This document shows positions 31,925-41,568 of a DNA stretch of 64,000 nucleotides, piece after piece; position 1 is the first letter of the stretch; the number at the start of each line of letters is the position of its first letter. The DNA comes from Longimicrobiales bacterium (GTDB taxonomy: Bacteria > Gemmatimonadota > Gemmatimonadetes > Longimicrobiales > Gaopeijiaceae), in the NCBI GenBank assembly GCA_965202985.1, contig CBDBCF010000001.1, positions 256,001 to 320,000 of the forward strand. Direction: 5' to 3'. A program made the translations under genes and the position numbers. The notes beneath the pieces are model-generated. The model saw only the letters and a list, made by a program, of their open reading frames with translations. It made no database searches and had not been told where the DNA came from.

Positions 31925-32769
31925 GCGGACCGCCGTCGCGGACGGTCGGGCTCAGCCAGCGCCTCCGACTGGAGTGGCTGGACGAGGCCGCGGAGTTGGC
32001 GCGCGCCGGACGCGACCGCGCGCAGGCTTGGTCCGCCCTGGCGGAGATGCTTCAAGAGGAGGTGTCCGTCGGCGGGTCCAGCCCGCGCAGCAACCGCGAG
32101 AAGACGGTCACGATCCTGACGCGAATCTGGTGCGGACCGCCGCCGGGACTTCTTCCGCTGCGCGACGCTGGCCTGCGTCTTCTGGACGGCGTTGGGCTGG
32201 CGGGGGCCACGAAGCCAGCGGAGGCCATGGAGTCAGCCGGGCTCACGGAACCGGCGGCGACCACCGAACCGGCGGGCGCCACGGAGCCCACCGGGCGCTT
32301 GGCCGTCCACTGGGGCATGACGCTGGCGACCTATCCCTTCTGGAACGCCGTCGCCGCCCAGGTCGGCCGGCTCCTCCGGCTGCAGGGGGTCGCCACAGCC
32401 GCCCAAGTCCACCGTCGCGTCCAGGAGCAGTACGGCGAGCGCCCCACCGTCGCTCGGGCCACGCAGCGCGTCGTGCGGTCGTTCGTGGACTGGGGAGTTC
32501 TGGCCGACACCGAGACGCCGGGCCGGTACGTCGCCGGCGATCCGTGCCCGGTCCACGCCCCGGCGCTGGTCGCTTGGCTGGCGGAGGCAACCCTTCACGT
32601 CCGAGTCGGCGAGCCCGCCGCGCCCCAGGAGTTGCTCGGGCAGCCCGGCCTCTTCCCCTTTCGCGTGTCCTACGTGACGGCCCGTAGCCTCGTCGCCGAG
32701 TCGCCCCGGCTGGACATGGCGCACCAAGGGCTGGACACGGAGGTGGTGATGCTGGGTATGCCGGGTTGA
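31921..32769 (+). CDS. brxA: BREX-3 BrxA-like protein
   Basis: GTGA overlap with pglZ; G.SQR.RLEWL, REKT.T.L..IW, HWGM.LA.YPF, YGER..V.RA..RV.RSFVDWGVL, P.LFPF. Confidence 0.8.
   Translation: MSGPPSRTVGLSQRLRLEWLDEAAELARAGRDRAQAWSALAEMLQEEVSVGGSSPRSNREKTVTILTRIWCGPPPGLLPLRDAGLRLLDGVGLAGATKPAEAMESAGLTEPAATTEPAGATEPTGRLAVHWGMTLATYPFWNAVAAQVGRLLRLQGVATAAQVHRRVQEQYGERPTVARATQRVVRSFVDWGVLADTETPGRYVAGDPCPVHAPALVAWLAEATLHVRVGEPAAPQELLGQPGLFPFRVSYVTARSLVAESPRLDMAHQGLDTEVVMLGMPG
32200..32289 (+). repeat. Five degenerate in-frame 18-bp tandem units inside brxA
   Basis: Encode AGATKP AEAMES AGLTEP AATTEP AGATEP. Confidence 0.7.
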
Positions 32770-33104
32770 TCGGGATGTCCTACCAAACGCGAACGCGGAC
32801 GATCCTGGCCCCTGAAGTCCCCGGAGCTGATCAACCAGGAGGGAGTCATCACGGAGTCGGTCAGGACGCTGATTGAGGCTAGGGACTGGGCAGATCGCCG
32901 GTGCAATAGTAGTCCGATCCAATTTTGATTGATCAAATTTTGATTTTGGAAAGATCGAAAGAGGGACCCAAAACAAACAGGTAGTGAAGTGCTACACGCC
33001 TGGCTCATGGTCCTCTATCGTAATGCATCGCAAGAGGGCCCTTCCGGCCCACAACCTACCGGACCGCGTCTCTCGGCGTCGGCTCCGAAAAGACAGGAGA
33101 AACA

Positions 33105-33551
33105 ATGAACACTTTAGTTCGAATCGTCTATGATACCAACGTGCTGGTGTCCGCGCTCGTTGTGTCGGCCGACAAATGGGCTTGGCATCGGCAGCTCTGG
33201 CAGAGCGGCCGAGTCATCCCACTCGCAAGTCAACAGACGACGGATGAGTTTGTACGGGTACTGTCATACAAGAAGTTCGCCCTGGAGCCTGCGGATAAGC
33301 GGGAACTTCTGGCGGCGTATTCGGTGTACTCGGAGGCCATTGAAGTGTCGAATGCGCCCGCTACACCCAGTGTTCGCGATGATTCTGACCGACCGTTCCT
33401 TGAGCTTGCCCTCGTCGGACGGGCCGACGCTCTAGTGACCGGCGACCGCGATCTTCTGGAAGTCGCCCCAACGTTCTCCGTGCCTATCCTTACGCCTCGA
33501 CAGTTCGCGAATGGCTTCGAGAACGAGGAGGGTAGGTCGGCTCGGCTCTAG
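33105..33551 (+). CDS. PIN-family toxin (PIN_3/TIGR00305-like)
   Basis: RIVYDTNVLVSAL, E..RVLSY.KF, RDDSDRPFLELA..GRADALVTGDRDLL; AGGAGA RBS. Confidence 0.9.
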   Translation: MNTLVRIVYDTNVLVSALVVSADKWAWHRQLWQSGRVIPLASQQTTDEFVRVLSYKKFALEPADKRELLAAYSVYSEAIEVSNAPATPSVRDDSDRPFLELALVGRADALVTGDRDLLEVAPTFSVPILTPRQFANGFENEEGRSARL

Positions 33552-33781
33552 TCTTGGGCAGCGGAACTGCGCGCCCACTCCACGGCGTCGGCGACATCCT
33601 CCTCGGTGATGCCCATTTTGGCCAGCTTGGCGCGAACCGCAGCAGCGCGAACGACCTGGACGGGCGTCAAGACGATGCGGTCGGCCTCCATGGCCACCTC
33701 GAGGTACTCCGTGCCTTCTAGTCTGCCGATCACGGCCTCGGGCAACGTGAGTTGGTTGTCGGACGATAGTCTGGCCAGCAT
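33548..33781 (-). CDS. AbrB/MazE/SpoVT-family antitoxin
   Basis: MLARLSSDNQLTLP, YLEV....RIVLTPV, VRAKL..MGITE.DV.DAV.WAR. Confidence 0.85.
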   Translation of the reverse strand: MLARLSSDNQLTLPEAVIGRLEGTEYLEVAMEADRIVLTPVQVVRAAAVRAKLAKMGITEEDVADAVEWARSSAAQD

Positions 33782-33897
33782 AAGCTCTCGCTCCGTCGTT
33801 GCCGCAAAATGGAATGGACTTGATGAAGATAACCTCCGCATCCCGCCGGACGCAAGCTTTAATCCAGCAGGGCAGGCACGACTCCGCGGACCGACAA

Positions 33898-34450
33898 AGC
33901 GGCCGTCGCCGCATTCCGGGACACGGGGCCGGGGCCACTGGCGGGCCTGCCTCAAGGCTGCCTGCCCTGCTGACCCCCGGACGCTCCGCGTTCGTTCGCT
34001 AGGAGAAGTGGTGGTCGCCCACGGTGGCGCTTCATTGGAGGAGGTCGTCGTGCTGCTGGTCGGCGTCAAGCGGGTGGAGCCATGAGCGGCCCGGCGTCGC
34101 AGTCGGTCGCCGGACGCGACCGGGCACACTTGGTCAGCCCTGGTCCAGGTCGGTAGGCTACTCCGTCCCCAGGGGGTTGCCGCGACCGTCCAGGTCCGCC
34201 GTCGCGTTCAAGAGCAGTACGGCGAACGCCCCACTGTCGCCTGGCCGTGCGTCGCATCGTGCGGTCATTCGTGGACTGGAGGAGGCCTGGCCGACACCGA
34301 GACGCGGAGCCGGTACGTCGCCGGCGATCCCGTGCCAGTTCGCCCCAGCGCTCGTCGCCTGGCTGGCGGAGGCCGCCCTTCACGTTCGGGGCGGCGAGCT
34401 CGCTGTGCCCTTCCAGGCGCTACTCGGACAGCCCGGCCTCTTTCCCTTCG
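33898..34450 (+). pseudogene. Second decayed copy of the pglZ 3' end plus brxA
   Basis: VVAHGGASLEEVVVLLVGV followed by ATGAGCGG and brxA-like pieces (RSFVDW, ALVAWLAEAALHVR, LLGQPGLFPF). Confidence 0.8.
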
Positions 34451-34592
34451 CGGGCATCCGTATGGCCGTCTGGGCTGTTCCGCTGTGGAGGGCACGCGGT
34501 CACTTGCAACCGGAAAGATGTGGGGCCATGTTCCCTTCCCCACCGTCCAACGCCCCTGCTGACGCCAGCTCGTCCGATCGAGAGGCTGACCG

Positions 34593-35006
34593 TTGATCGA
34601 CTCCACGCTGCCGCAGAACATCGAGAGTCCGGAGAAGGCCGTTGCTTCGGGTACCGGTCCTGCGAGGGTTCTGCGCAAGATACTGAGAACTTGGCGGTTG
34701 GACGGTCAGGACGAAGCGATGGCGGCCTTGCTCGGACTGGATGAATCCGACAATGCCCTCGCGCTCGACTTACTGGCCGGGCGTGGCGAGCTGCGAGGGC
34801 GTGATGTAGAAGACCGACTTGTTTGTCTGTATCAGATCAGAAAGACGTTGCACTCGCTCCTTCGGGACGAGCAAGTAGAGAACGAGTGGCTCCGGGAGCG
34901 ACATCCTGGACTGGAGGGCAAGCGCCCAATGGACCTGATGCTGAAGGGGTCCATGGAGAACCTGCTGCTCGTTCGGGACTACGTGGAAGCGATCGCGGGC
35001 CTATAG
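34593..35006 (+). CDS. Xre/MbcA/ParS-type antitoxin-like protein (DUF2384)
   Basis: IL..W.L, LLG, DR...L..I...L..L, WLR.....L.GKRP.DLM..G....LL.VRDY; TTG start uncertain. Confidence 0.75.
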   Translation: MIDSTLPQNIESPEKAVASGTGPARVLRKILRTWRLDGQDEAMAALLGLDESDNALALDLLAGRGELRGRDVEDRLVCLYQIRKTLHSLLRDEQVENEWLRERHPGLEGKRPMDLMLKGSMENLLLVRDYVEAIAGL

Positions 35007-35008
35007 TC

Positions 35009-36253
35009 ATGCACGAGCCGAATCGACCACAAGACGACGACCGACGGTTTCTCACCCGAGTCGTGCTGCGCAACTACAAGAGCATCGCGGCGGCAGACGT
35101 CTCTCCTTCCCAAGTCTCGTTCCTGGTAGGACCCAACGGCTCCGGCAAGAGCAACTTCCTTGATGCGCTGCGCTTCGTGGCGGAGTCATTGCGATCAACG
35201 ATGGATCATGCGATCCGCGAACGAGGAGGAATCAACGTAGTCCGAAGGCGATCCAGAGGACACCCCAACCACTTTGGCATTCGCATTGACTTCCGTTCAG
35301 CGCAATTTCGGGGTCGTTATGCGTTCACGGTGGGAGCCAAGGCGGGTGGCGACTATGAAATACGGGAAGAAGAATGCTACATCAAGACGACCGAAGATCC
35401 TACCTACGACTACTACAGCGTGAAGGGCGGTAACGTCCAGCAGAGCACGCTTCAAGTGCCTCCCCGCGCTCACCCTCGTCGTTTGTACCTAGTTGCAACA
35501 TCTGGAATCGAACCTTTCGGACAACTGTACGACGCGTTTCTTGAAATGGGATTCTACAACCTGGTCCCAGAGGTCATTCGGAGTCTCCAGCCGCCGGGAC
35601 CAGGCGACCTCTTGGCCAGAGACGGCAGGAACGCGGCTGGCGTCTTGGCCAATTTGGCAGCGCGCTCCCCGACGTTCAAGAAACGCATCGAAGATTACCT
35701 TGGCCGCATCGTGCCCGGCGTGGTCGGAGTGGAACGAGTGGTAGCGAGGGATAGGGAAACGCTTGAGTTCGACCAGAAAGTAAAGGGAGCGCAACACCCG
35801 TGGCGGTTCGGCGCAACCAACATGTCCGACGGCACGCTTCGAGCGTTCGGAGTCCTGCTCGCGCTCTTTCAGAGTGGGCGAGACGGGATCGGCTTGGCGC
35901 AACCCTTTATTGGGATCGAAGAACCGGAGCTGGCGGTGCATCCAGCTGCGACGGCCGTGCTTTTGGATGCGCTTCGAGAGACAGCCCGGCACTCTCAGGT
36001 GTTGGTCACCAGTCACAGCGCCGACCTTCTCGACAATGTAGGAACCTCCGACGATTCGGTGCTGGCGGTGCTGGCCGAAGATGGAGTCACACGCATAGGC
36101 CCGCTGGACGAGGCCGGACGTTCGGCGCTCAAGAAGGGGCTCTTCACCGCCGGTGAACTCCTTCGCGTGGACCAGCTGATACCGGACCCGAACAGCACGA
36201 ACCTGAAGCCGCAGCAGCTCCCATTGTTTGGATCCGGTAAAGGGGCCGGATGA
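35009..36253 (+). CDS. ABC-type ATPase (AAA_21 family)
   Basis: LRNYKSI, GPNGSGKSN, MSDGTLR, IEEPELAVHP, TSHS. Confidence 0.9.
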   Translation: MHEPNRPQDDDRRFLTRVVLRNYKSIAAADVSPSQVSFLVGPNGSGKSNFLDALRFVAESLRSTMDHAIRERGGINVVRRRSRGHPNHFGIRIDFRSAQFRGRYAFTVGAKAGGDYEIREEECYIKTTEDPTYDYYSVKGGNVQQSTLQVPPRAHPRRLYLVATSGIEPFGQLYDAFLEMGFYNLVPEVIRSLQPPGPGDLLARDGRNAAGVLANLAARSPTFKKRIEDYLGRIVPGVVGVERVVARDRETLEFDQKVKGAQHPWRFGATNMSDGTLRAFGVLLALFQSGRDGIGLAQPFIGIEEPELAVHPAATAVLLDALRETARHSQVLVTSHSADLLDNVGTSDDSVLAVLAEDGVTRIGPLDEAGRSALKKGLFTAGELLRVDQLIPDPNSTNLKPQQLPLFGSGKGAG

Positions 36254-36838
36254 TCACGATCGCCTCCATAGTCGAGGGGCACGGCGAGGTAGCGGCTCTG
36301 CCTCTGCTCCTGCGACGCATCGCCGGACAGGTGGCGGCAGGGCGCGTTGTCAACGCTTCACGCCCATTTCGGGTTCGGCGCCAGAACTTCCTCAAGCCCG
36401 ACGAGGTCGAACGCAGCGTAGAGTTCGTCGCCAACCGATCCGGGGTGGACGGAAGGATACTGATACTGCTGGACGCGAACAGCGACTGCCCAAAGACGCT
36501 TGCGGCCGAGATTGTCGAGCGTGCTCGGCAAGCTCGGGGCGACCGGGCCATACAGGTCGTATTGGCCAAGGTGGAGTACGAGGCGTGGTTTCTGGCCGCG
36601 GCCGAATCCGTGGCCGATCACAGGGGCATCAAACCCGATGTCGTCTCTCCTTCCAACCCCGAGGCCGTCCAAAGATGCGAAAGGGTGGATCAGCAAACGG
36701 ATGGAGCCTGGGCGCTCGTACAGCCCATCGACCGACCAGCCAGCGTTGACCGCCGTCTTCGACATGGATGTCGCCCGCAAGCGAGCGGCCTCGTTCGACA
36801 AGCTGTACCGCGCCGTGGAGTCCCTGCTGGTGGATTGA
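36250..36838 (+). pseudogene. DUF4276 (TOPRIM-like) protein, +1 frameshift at about 36671
   Basis: IVEGHGE..A.P.L..RI, ILLD.N.DCP, EYEAWFLA; extra A in GTCCAAAGATGCG; continues DAKGW...Y....DQPAL...SFDKL in the 36500..36838 frame. Confidence 0.8.
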
Positions 36839-36946
36839 CGGGGCCGGGTGGGCTTCACCCGCCGGAAGCTTGCGACCTATCGCGAGAAGTAGTACGATGT
36901 TTCCAGAGATCGGTCTTGTCCCAGCACTACGGAAGAGGTCCGCGAC

Positions 36947-38149
36947 ATGATCGCCGAATCAAGCCCATTTGCTCCGGGAGCGCCGGTTCCGGCCGAGCTT
37001 TTCGTCGGGCGCCGGGGCGAAATCGAGCACGTCCGCGGCTTGGTGCGAGCCGCAAGGGACGGCCGGACCAGGGTGGGCTTCGTCAGCGGGGAACGCGGCA
37101 TCGGCAAGAGTTCCTTGGCTGGATTCGTCCGGTGGCTCGCCGAACGTCACGACGGAGTCGTCGGCTGTCACGTCTACTTGGGCGGCGTGCAAACCCTGGA
37201 GGGGATGCTGCAACGGACCTTCGACCGCCTGCTGAAGGACAGCATCGAACGCCCATGGCACGAGCAGATGCGCGATTCCCTGGGCGAACGAGTTCGCAGC
37301 GTCGGCCTCTTCGGCGCCACGCTCGAGCTTCGGCTCGGTAGCGACGACCTGCAAGTCATCGAGCGCAACTTTGCTCATTCGATTCGGGATTTTCTCAAGA
37401 AGACGGGGAACAAGAAAGCCCTCTTGCTGATTCTCGACGACGTCAACGGACTGGCCGATTCGGTGCAGTTCGCCAACTGGCTCAAGAGCACCGTGGACGA
37501 GATTGCCACGTCGCGGCACCGGACCCGACTGTGCGTTCTGATGGTCGGCCTGGACGAGAGACGGCGGCAAATGATCGCCGGACAGCCTTCCCTGGCGCGC
37601 GTCTTCGAGCTGGTCAAGATCGCCCCGTGGTCTGCCGACGAGGTCGAAGAGTTCTATCGGCAGTCGTTTCGTTCCTCTGGTGCGGAGGCGTCTCCCCGAG
37701 ACTTGGACCTGCTAGTGGACTTCACGGGCGGGCTTCCCGTCTTGGCTCACGAGATCGGCGACGCCGTTTGGCGCGTCGCTCGGACCCCGGCCCTCACGCG
37801 GAGCGATATCGAGACGGGCATTGTTCTGGCCGCCGCAACCGTGGGCAGCAAGTACTTGGGACCCCAGGTCTTGGCTGCAACTCGCAGCGCGCGTTATCGA
37901 TCGATCCTTGAAGCAATCGTGCGACACTTGGATGTTCGTTTCACCCGAACCGAGATCATCCAACACCTTGCGCACGACGATCAGCCAGTGCTGGACCACT
38001 TCCTGCGCCGAATGAGACAACTGGGCGTGCTGGAGGCGGTCCCCAAGACTCGAGGCGAGTACCAGTTCCCAAACCGTCTCTCATGGCTGTACTTCCGGAT
38101 GTCGGCCAGGTCGGCACCCCTTGTCGATCGCCAGAGCCTGCGCCCATGA
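36947..38149 (+). CDS. AAA_16/STAND-like ATPase with C-terminal winged helix
   Basis: SPFAPG.PV..ELFVGR..EI, GERGIGKSS, LILDD, TGGLP. Confidence 0.85.
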   Translation: MIAESSPFAPGAPVPAELFVGRRGEIEHVRGLVRAARDGRTRVGFVSGERGIGKSSLAGFVRWLAERHDGVVGCHVYLGGVQTLEGMLQRTFDRLLKDSIERPWHEQMRDSLGERVRSVGLFGATLELRLGSDDLQVIERNFAHSIRDFLKKTGNKKALLLILDDVNGLADSVQFANWLKSTVDEIATSRHRTRLCVLMVGLDERRRQMIAGQPSLARVFELVKIAPWSADEVEEFYRQSFRSSGAEASPRDLDLLVDFTGGLPVLAHEIGDAVWRVARTPALTRSDIETGIVLAAATVGSKYLGPQVLAATRSARYRSILEAIVRHLDVRFTRTEIIQHLAHDDQPVLDHFLRRMRQLGVLEAVPKTRGEYQFPNRLSWLYFRMSARSAPLVDRQSLRP

Positions 38150-38268
38150 CCAAGAACAGCCCGTTGCACGATGATTCACTCCGCAACGCCGGACTTGAAC
38201 AACAAGAGCTATACGGTTTGCTGTGGGTAAGCGCACACTTCAACAGGCTTGCTCGAAGAGGCTGATCA

Positions 38269-38643
38269 ATGCTTGATTCCACATTCTTGCAGAACATCGA
38301 GAGCCGAGAAAAGGAAGTTACCTGGGGGATGGTTGGGTCCCGGCGCCGACTCGATGCCGCGATTCTTACCGACCCCGACGTCACGGAGCTCTTGACTGCA
38401 CTGCGTGACCATCCAGCTGCCCGGACACAGCTTGTCGTCAGGATTGGCACTTTGGCAACCCTAGGTGGCGATCCCGATTACATCCACCGCTACGACCTAG
38501 CGATCTTCGCGTACCTTCGTGCACTGGACATCTTCGACCCCGATCTCGCTGCCGTGGCGGCGTCCAGCGTAGCGACGCTAGGCAACGTGTGGTGGTCGCG
38601 ACCACTTGCTCTCCGTCTCCTCGGGCTCTCGCATACCAGCTGA
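38269..38643 (+). CDS. Hypothetical protein
   Basis: 124-aa ORF co-oriented with its neighbours; GAGG upstream. Confidence 0.55.
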   Translation: MLDSTFLQNIESREKEVTWGMVGSRRRLDAAILTDPDVTELLTALRDHPAARTQLVVRIGTLATLGGDPDYIHRYDLAIFAYLRALDIFDPDLAAVAASSVATLGNVWWSRPLALRLLGLSHTS

Positions 38644-38676
38644 GATCGCACGACAACCACCTCCACCGAACCTCCA

Positions 38677-39237
38677 ATGCCCCCGAAGACCAAGACCTAC
38701 CAACTCCGCATAGCTCTGGAAGGCGCCCGGCCTTCTATCTGGCGACGGTTTCTCGTCCCGAGTTCGATCAGCCTGCCCATGCTCCACCACGTCCTGCAGA
38801 TCGTCATGGGGTGGCAGGATTGTCACCTGCACAGATTTGTCAAGGGCGATCGGCAGTTTTATATGCCGAGTCCCTGGTCCGATCCATGGGCTCCCGACTT
38901 GCTGGACGAAAGGAAGTATCGGCTCGACCAGCTGCTGACCAAGCCGAAGGACTGGATGAGATACGTGTACGACTTCGGCGACAACTGGCGGCACAAGATC
39001 ACGTTGCAGAAGGTCCTGCCTGCCGATCCGAAGCAACGGTTGCCGATCTGCCTTTCCGGCAAGCGTCGGTGCCCTCCCGAGGACAGCGGCGGACTGTGGG
39101 GCTACTACCACATGCTGGAGGTCGTCGCCGACCCGACGCACGAAGAACATGAACTGTATTCCGAATGGCTCGACGACGACTTTGACCCGGCAGACTTCGA
39201 CGTGAGCGCCGTGAACTTCGCACTGGGGATCCGCTGA
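38677..39237 (+). CDS. Plasmid pRiA4b ORF-3 family protein
   Basis: YQLRI.L....PSIWRRFLVP, LH.VLQ.VMGW...HLH.F, YVYDFGDNW.H, G.R.CPPEDSGG.WGY. Confidence 0.92.
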   Translation: MPPKTKTYQLRIALEGARPSIWRRFLVPSSISLPMLHHVLQIVMGWQDCHLHRFVKGDRQFYMPSPWSDPWAPDLLDERKYRLDQLLTKPKDWMRYVYDFGDNWRHKITLQKVLPADPKQRLPICLSGKRRCPPEDSGGLWGYYHMLEVVADPTHEEHELYSEWLDDDFDPADFDVSAVNFALGIR

Positions 39238-39267
39238 GGACGTGGTTGCCGGCGCACCGTTGTGCCG

Positions 39268-40227
39268 CTACTCCGTCACATCCAGGCTCCACAGGCCGAA
39301 AATGTCGTTTCCTGCCGCTAGAAAGCGCCGCCGCGCCATGTCCAGGTAGTCCGGGCTGACTTCCACGCCGACGCTGTTGCGGCCCGCCAAGGCGGCGGCC
39401 AGCGACGTCGTGCCCGTTCCCAGGAACGGATCCAGAACCGTGTCGCCCACGAACGAGAACATGCGCACGAGGCGGTTGGCGAGTTCCAGCGGGTAGGGGG
39501 CGGGATGGTCGCGGGTCGATGCGCCCGGCAATGTCCAAATCTGACTGAACCACTTCCGATGATCGGCCTCGGAAATGACGCTCATGGCTCGGGCCGCGAG
39601 CGAGGGGCTGCGGTAGCCGCCGGGCTTGCGTTGCATGAGAATGAACTCGATGTCGTTCTTGACGATGGCGTTCGGTTCGTATGGCTTGCCGAGGAAGCCG
39701 CCGGGTCCCATCTCGAACTCCGCGTTGGCGATCTTGTGCCAAATGATCGGTGCCAAGTTGTCGAACCCCATCTTGCGACAGGATTCCTGAATGCTCGCAT
39801 GGAGCGGATAGACGACGTGACGACCGTGCCGTCGCCGGGAAAGACAGACGTCTCCCACAACGATAATCAACCGACCTCCAGGCACTAGCAGCCGACTGCA
39901 CTCTCGCCACACCTTGGCAACCTCGGCCACAAATGCGTCGTAGTCGGCAACGCGACCCAGCTGGTCTGCGCCGTCCTTGTACTCTTTGAGCGTCCAGTAC
40001 GGCGGCGACGTAACGACCAAGTGAACCGGTTCCGTCACTACTTGCGAAAGCCACCGCGCGTCGCCCCGTATCATCCGATGGCGCGACGGCATCTCCCGCA
40101 GTGCATCCGCAACTCGTGCCACTTGCTCGGGGTCCCTGGCCATTTGCGGCAACGCGGTCTTCAGGGAGATCTCGGAAAGATCGACGCTCGGCAAGTGTTT
40201 GTCGACCAGCGCGGCCATCGTCTCCAT
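39268..40227 (-). CDS. Beta-class amino (likely N4-cytosine) DNA methyltransferase
   Basis: VTSPPYW precedes HPAPYP and DPFLGTGTT. Confidence 0.9.
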   Translation of the reverse strand: METMAALVDKHLPSVDLSEISLKTALPQMARDPEQVARVADALREMPSRHRMIRGDARWLSQVVTEPVHLVVTSPPYWTLKEYKDGADQLGRVADYDAFVAEVAKVWRECSRLLVPGGRLIIVVGDVCLSRRRHGRHVVYPLHASIQESCRKMGFDNLAPIIWHKIANAEFEMGPGGFLGKPYEPNAIVKNDIEFILMQRKPGGYRSPSLAARAMSVISEADHRKWFSQIWTLPGASTRDHPAPYPLELANRLVRMFSFVGDTVLDPFLGTGTTSLAAALAGRNSVGVEVSPDYLDMARRRFLAAGNDIFGLWSLDVTE

Positions 40228-40826
40228 TAGCCGGTCCCAATCGACGGATTTCTCTTGCGAACCTGGTCAACTAGGCAATCGAAGAAATCTCGCCCCGCTT
40301 CTTCGCCGGACACAATTCGGGGGCCGTGCGCAAAGTCGACCTCGACGAACCACGACGCCTCGATCATGCCAGTACTCCACGACGGCGGGCGACGGCCAGA
40401 GAGCCGACGAAGTCGATTCCGCAACAGCTCCGACCACGTGCACTTGTGCCGCGAACTGAATGCGTCTTCGGCAATGTTGAACACCATTACGTATCCGGTC
40501 ACGATTTCCGGAGAATACATCTGCACATTGGTCACTTCCCCGATCAGGTCGTCGATTCGGTTGGGTACCGTTCCTCCGGGATTCCGAAGCAGTGACTTCA
40601 ACGAAACAACCAACCTCGGCTTGCGGTCTGCGTTCCAAGATACATCCCAAGACTTGCGTCTCGCACCACCGGCCACGGAAGCCTCCGTGAGTGCACCTAC
40701 AAGGCCCCGTCGCGCAAGCTCCTTGACGACTAACTGAGCCAGGGCTTGCAACCTTGCGGTTGAAGTCGGCTTCTCTTCGACGATGGCGATTCTGTGCAGG
40801 TCGGCGATCGCGTTCTGGAGGCTCAT
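40227..40826 (-). CDS. Putative type II restriction endonuclease (PD-(D/E)xK, PaeR7I/XhoI-like)
   Basis: K.WDV....K..L.VSLKS, NR.DDL.GE; TAATG overlap with the methyltransferase. Confidence 0.65.
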   Translation of the reverse strand: MSLQNAIADLHRIAIVEEKPTSTARLQALAQLVVKELARRGLVGALTEASVAGGARRKSWDVSWNADRKPRLVVSLKSLLRNPGGTVPNRIDDLIGEVTNVQMYSPEIVTGYVMVFNIAEDAFSSRHKCTWSELLRNRLRRLSGRRPPSWSTGMIEASWFVEVDFAHGPRIVSGEEAGRDFFDCLVDQVRKRNPSIGTG

Positions 40827-40980
40827 GTGTTTGAACCTAACGTGATGTCCGCCCTGCCGCGACTGCCGGCCGATCCTTCGCGGGAGGCCGACTGGTCGGC
40901 CCAAGACCCCCTGTCACACCCCCTCGCTATCCTTCGCCGTTTTCTGTCTTCCCCCCGGAACCAGAAGGAACCGCGCCACC

Positions 40981-41568
40981 GTGACAGGCCCACCCCACTT
41001 CGCCCGCACCCAGACCCGCCGTCGCCGCGCCGCCACCCAGCCCACTGCCGTCCGCGACACGCTCTTCCCCCGCCCGGCTCCGCGCCTCCCTCGCCTCGCC
41101 TTGCTGGCCGCCACGGCACTCGCCGCCGGCCTGGCCACCGGATGCGCGGGCAAGTTCATGGATCGCGGGCCGAACCCGGCGTTCTGCGACACCTCCAAGG
41201 TCTACGCGGGGATCGACGCGGGCGTGGGGGCGGCGGCGCTCTTCTGGGGGCTCCAGGTCGACATGGACCGCATGACCAACCACTTCACCTTCAAGCGGCT
41301 GGAAGACGGATCGCTGGGCGGCGCTTACGAGGCGATCCAGCTGGCCGCGGGGGTCGTCGCGGGGGCGTCGTTCTTGGTCGAGGCGGGGCGCAGCTTCAAG
41401 GCCGCCAACCGCTGCATCCGCATCAAGCGCCTGCAGGACTCGCAGCGCAGGGACGCGGAGCAGACAGACACGCTCCGAACCAGGATGGACACGGCGACGG
41501 CGCCCGACCGAGCCGCGTTGGCGCGCGCCGAGATGCGGGCCGTCCGCAACAGGCTCCGCAATCGCTGA
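40981..41568 (+). CDS. Hypothetical lipoprotein/membrane protein
   Basis: Hydrophobic leader ending LATGC; two further hydrophobic stretches; TGATG overlap with the next gene. Confidence 0.6.
   Translation: MTGPPHFARTQTRRRRAATQPTAVRDTLFPRPAPRLPRLALLAATALAAGLATGCAGKFMDRGPNPAFCDTSKVYAGIDAGVGAAALFWGLQVDMDRMTNHFTFKRLEDGSLGGAYEAIQLAAGVVAGASFLVEAGRSFKAANRCIRIKRLQDSQRRDAEQTDTLRTRMDTATAPDRAALARAEMRAVRNRLRNR

Noticed and set aside
40794..41567. N-terminal extension of the 1024-aa ORF (similarly 1772, 5727, 26676, 30907, 34823, 55747 and 56373 starts)
   Set aside because: These overlap neighbouring real genes; downstream starts fit RBS or overlap patterns and signal peptides
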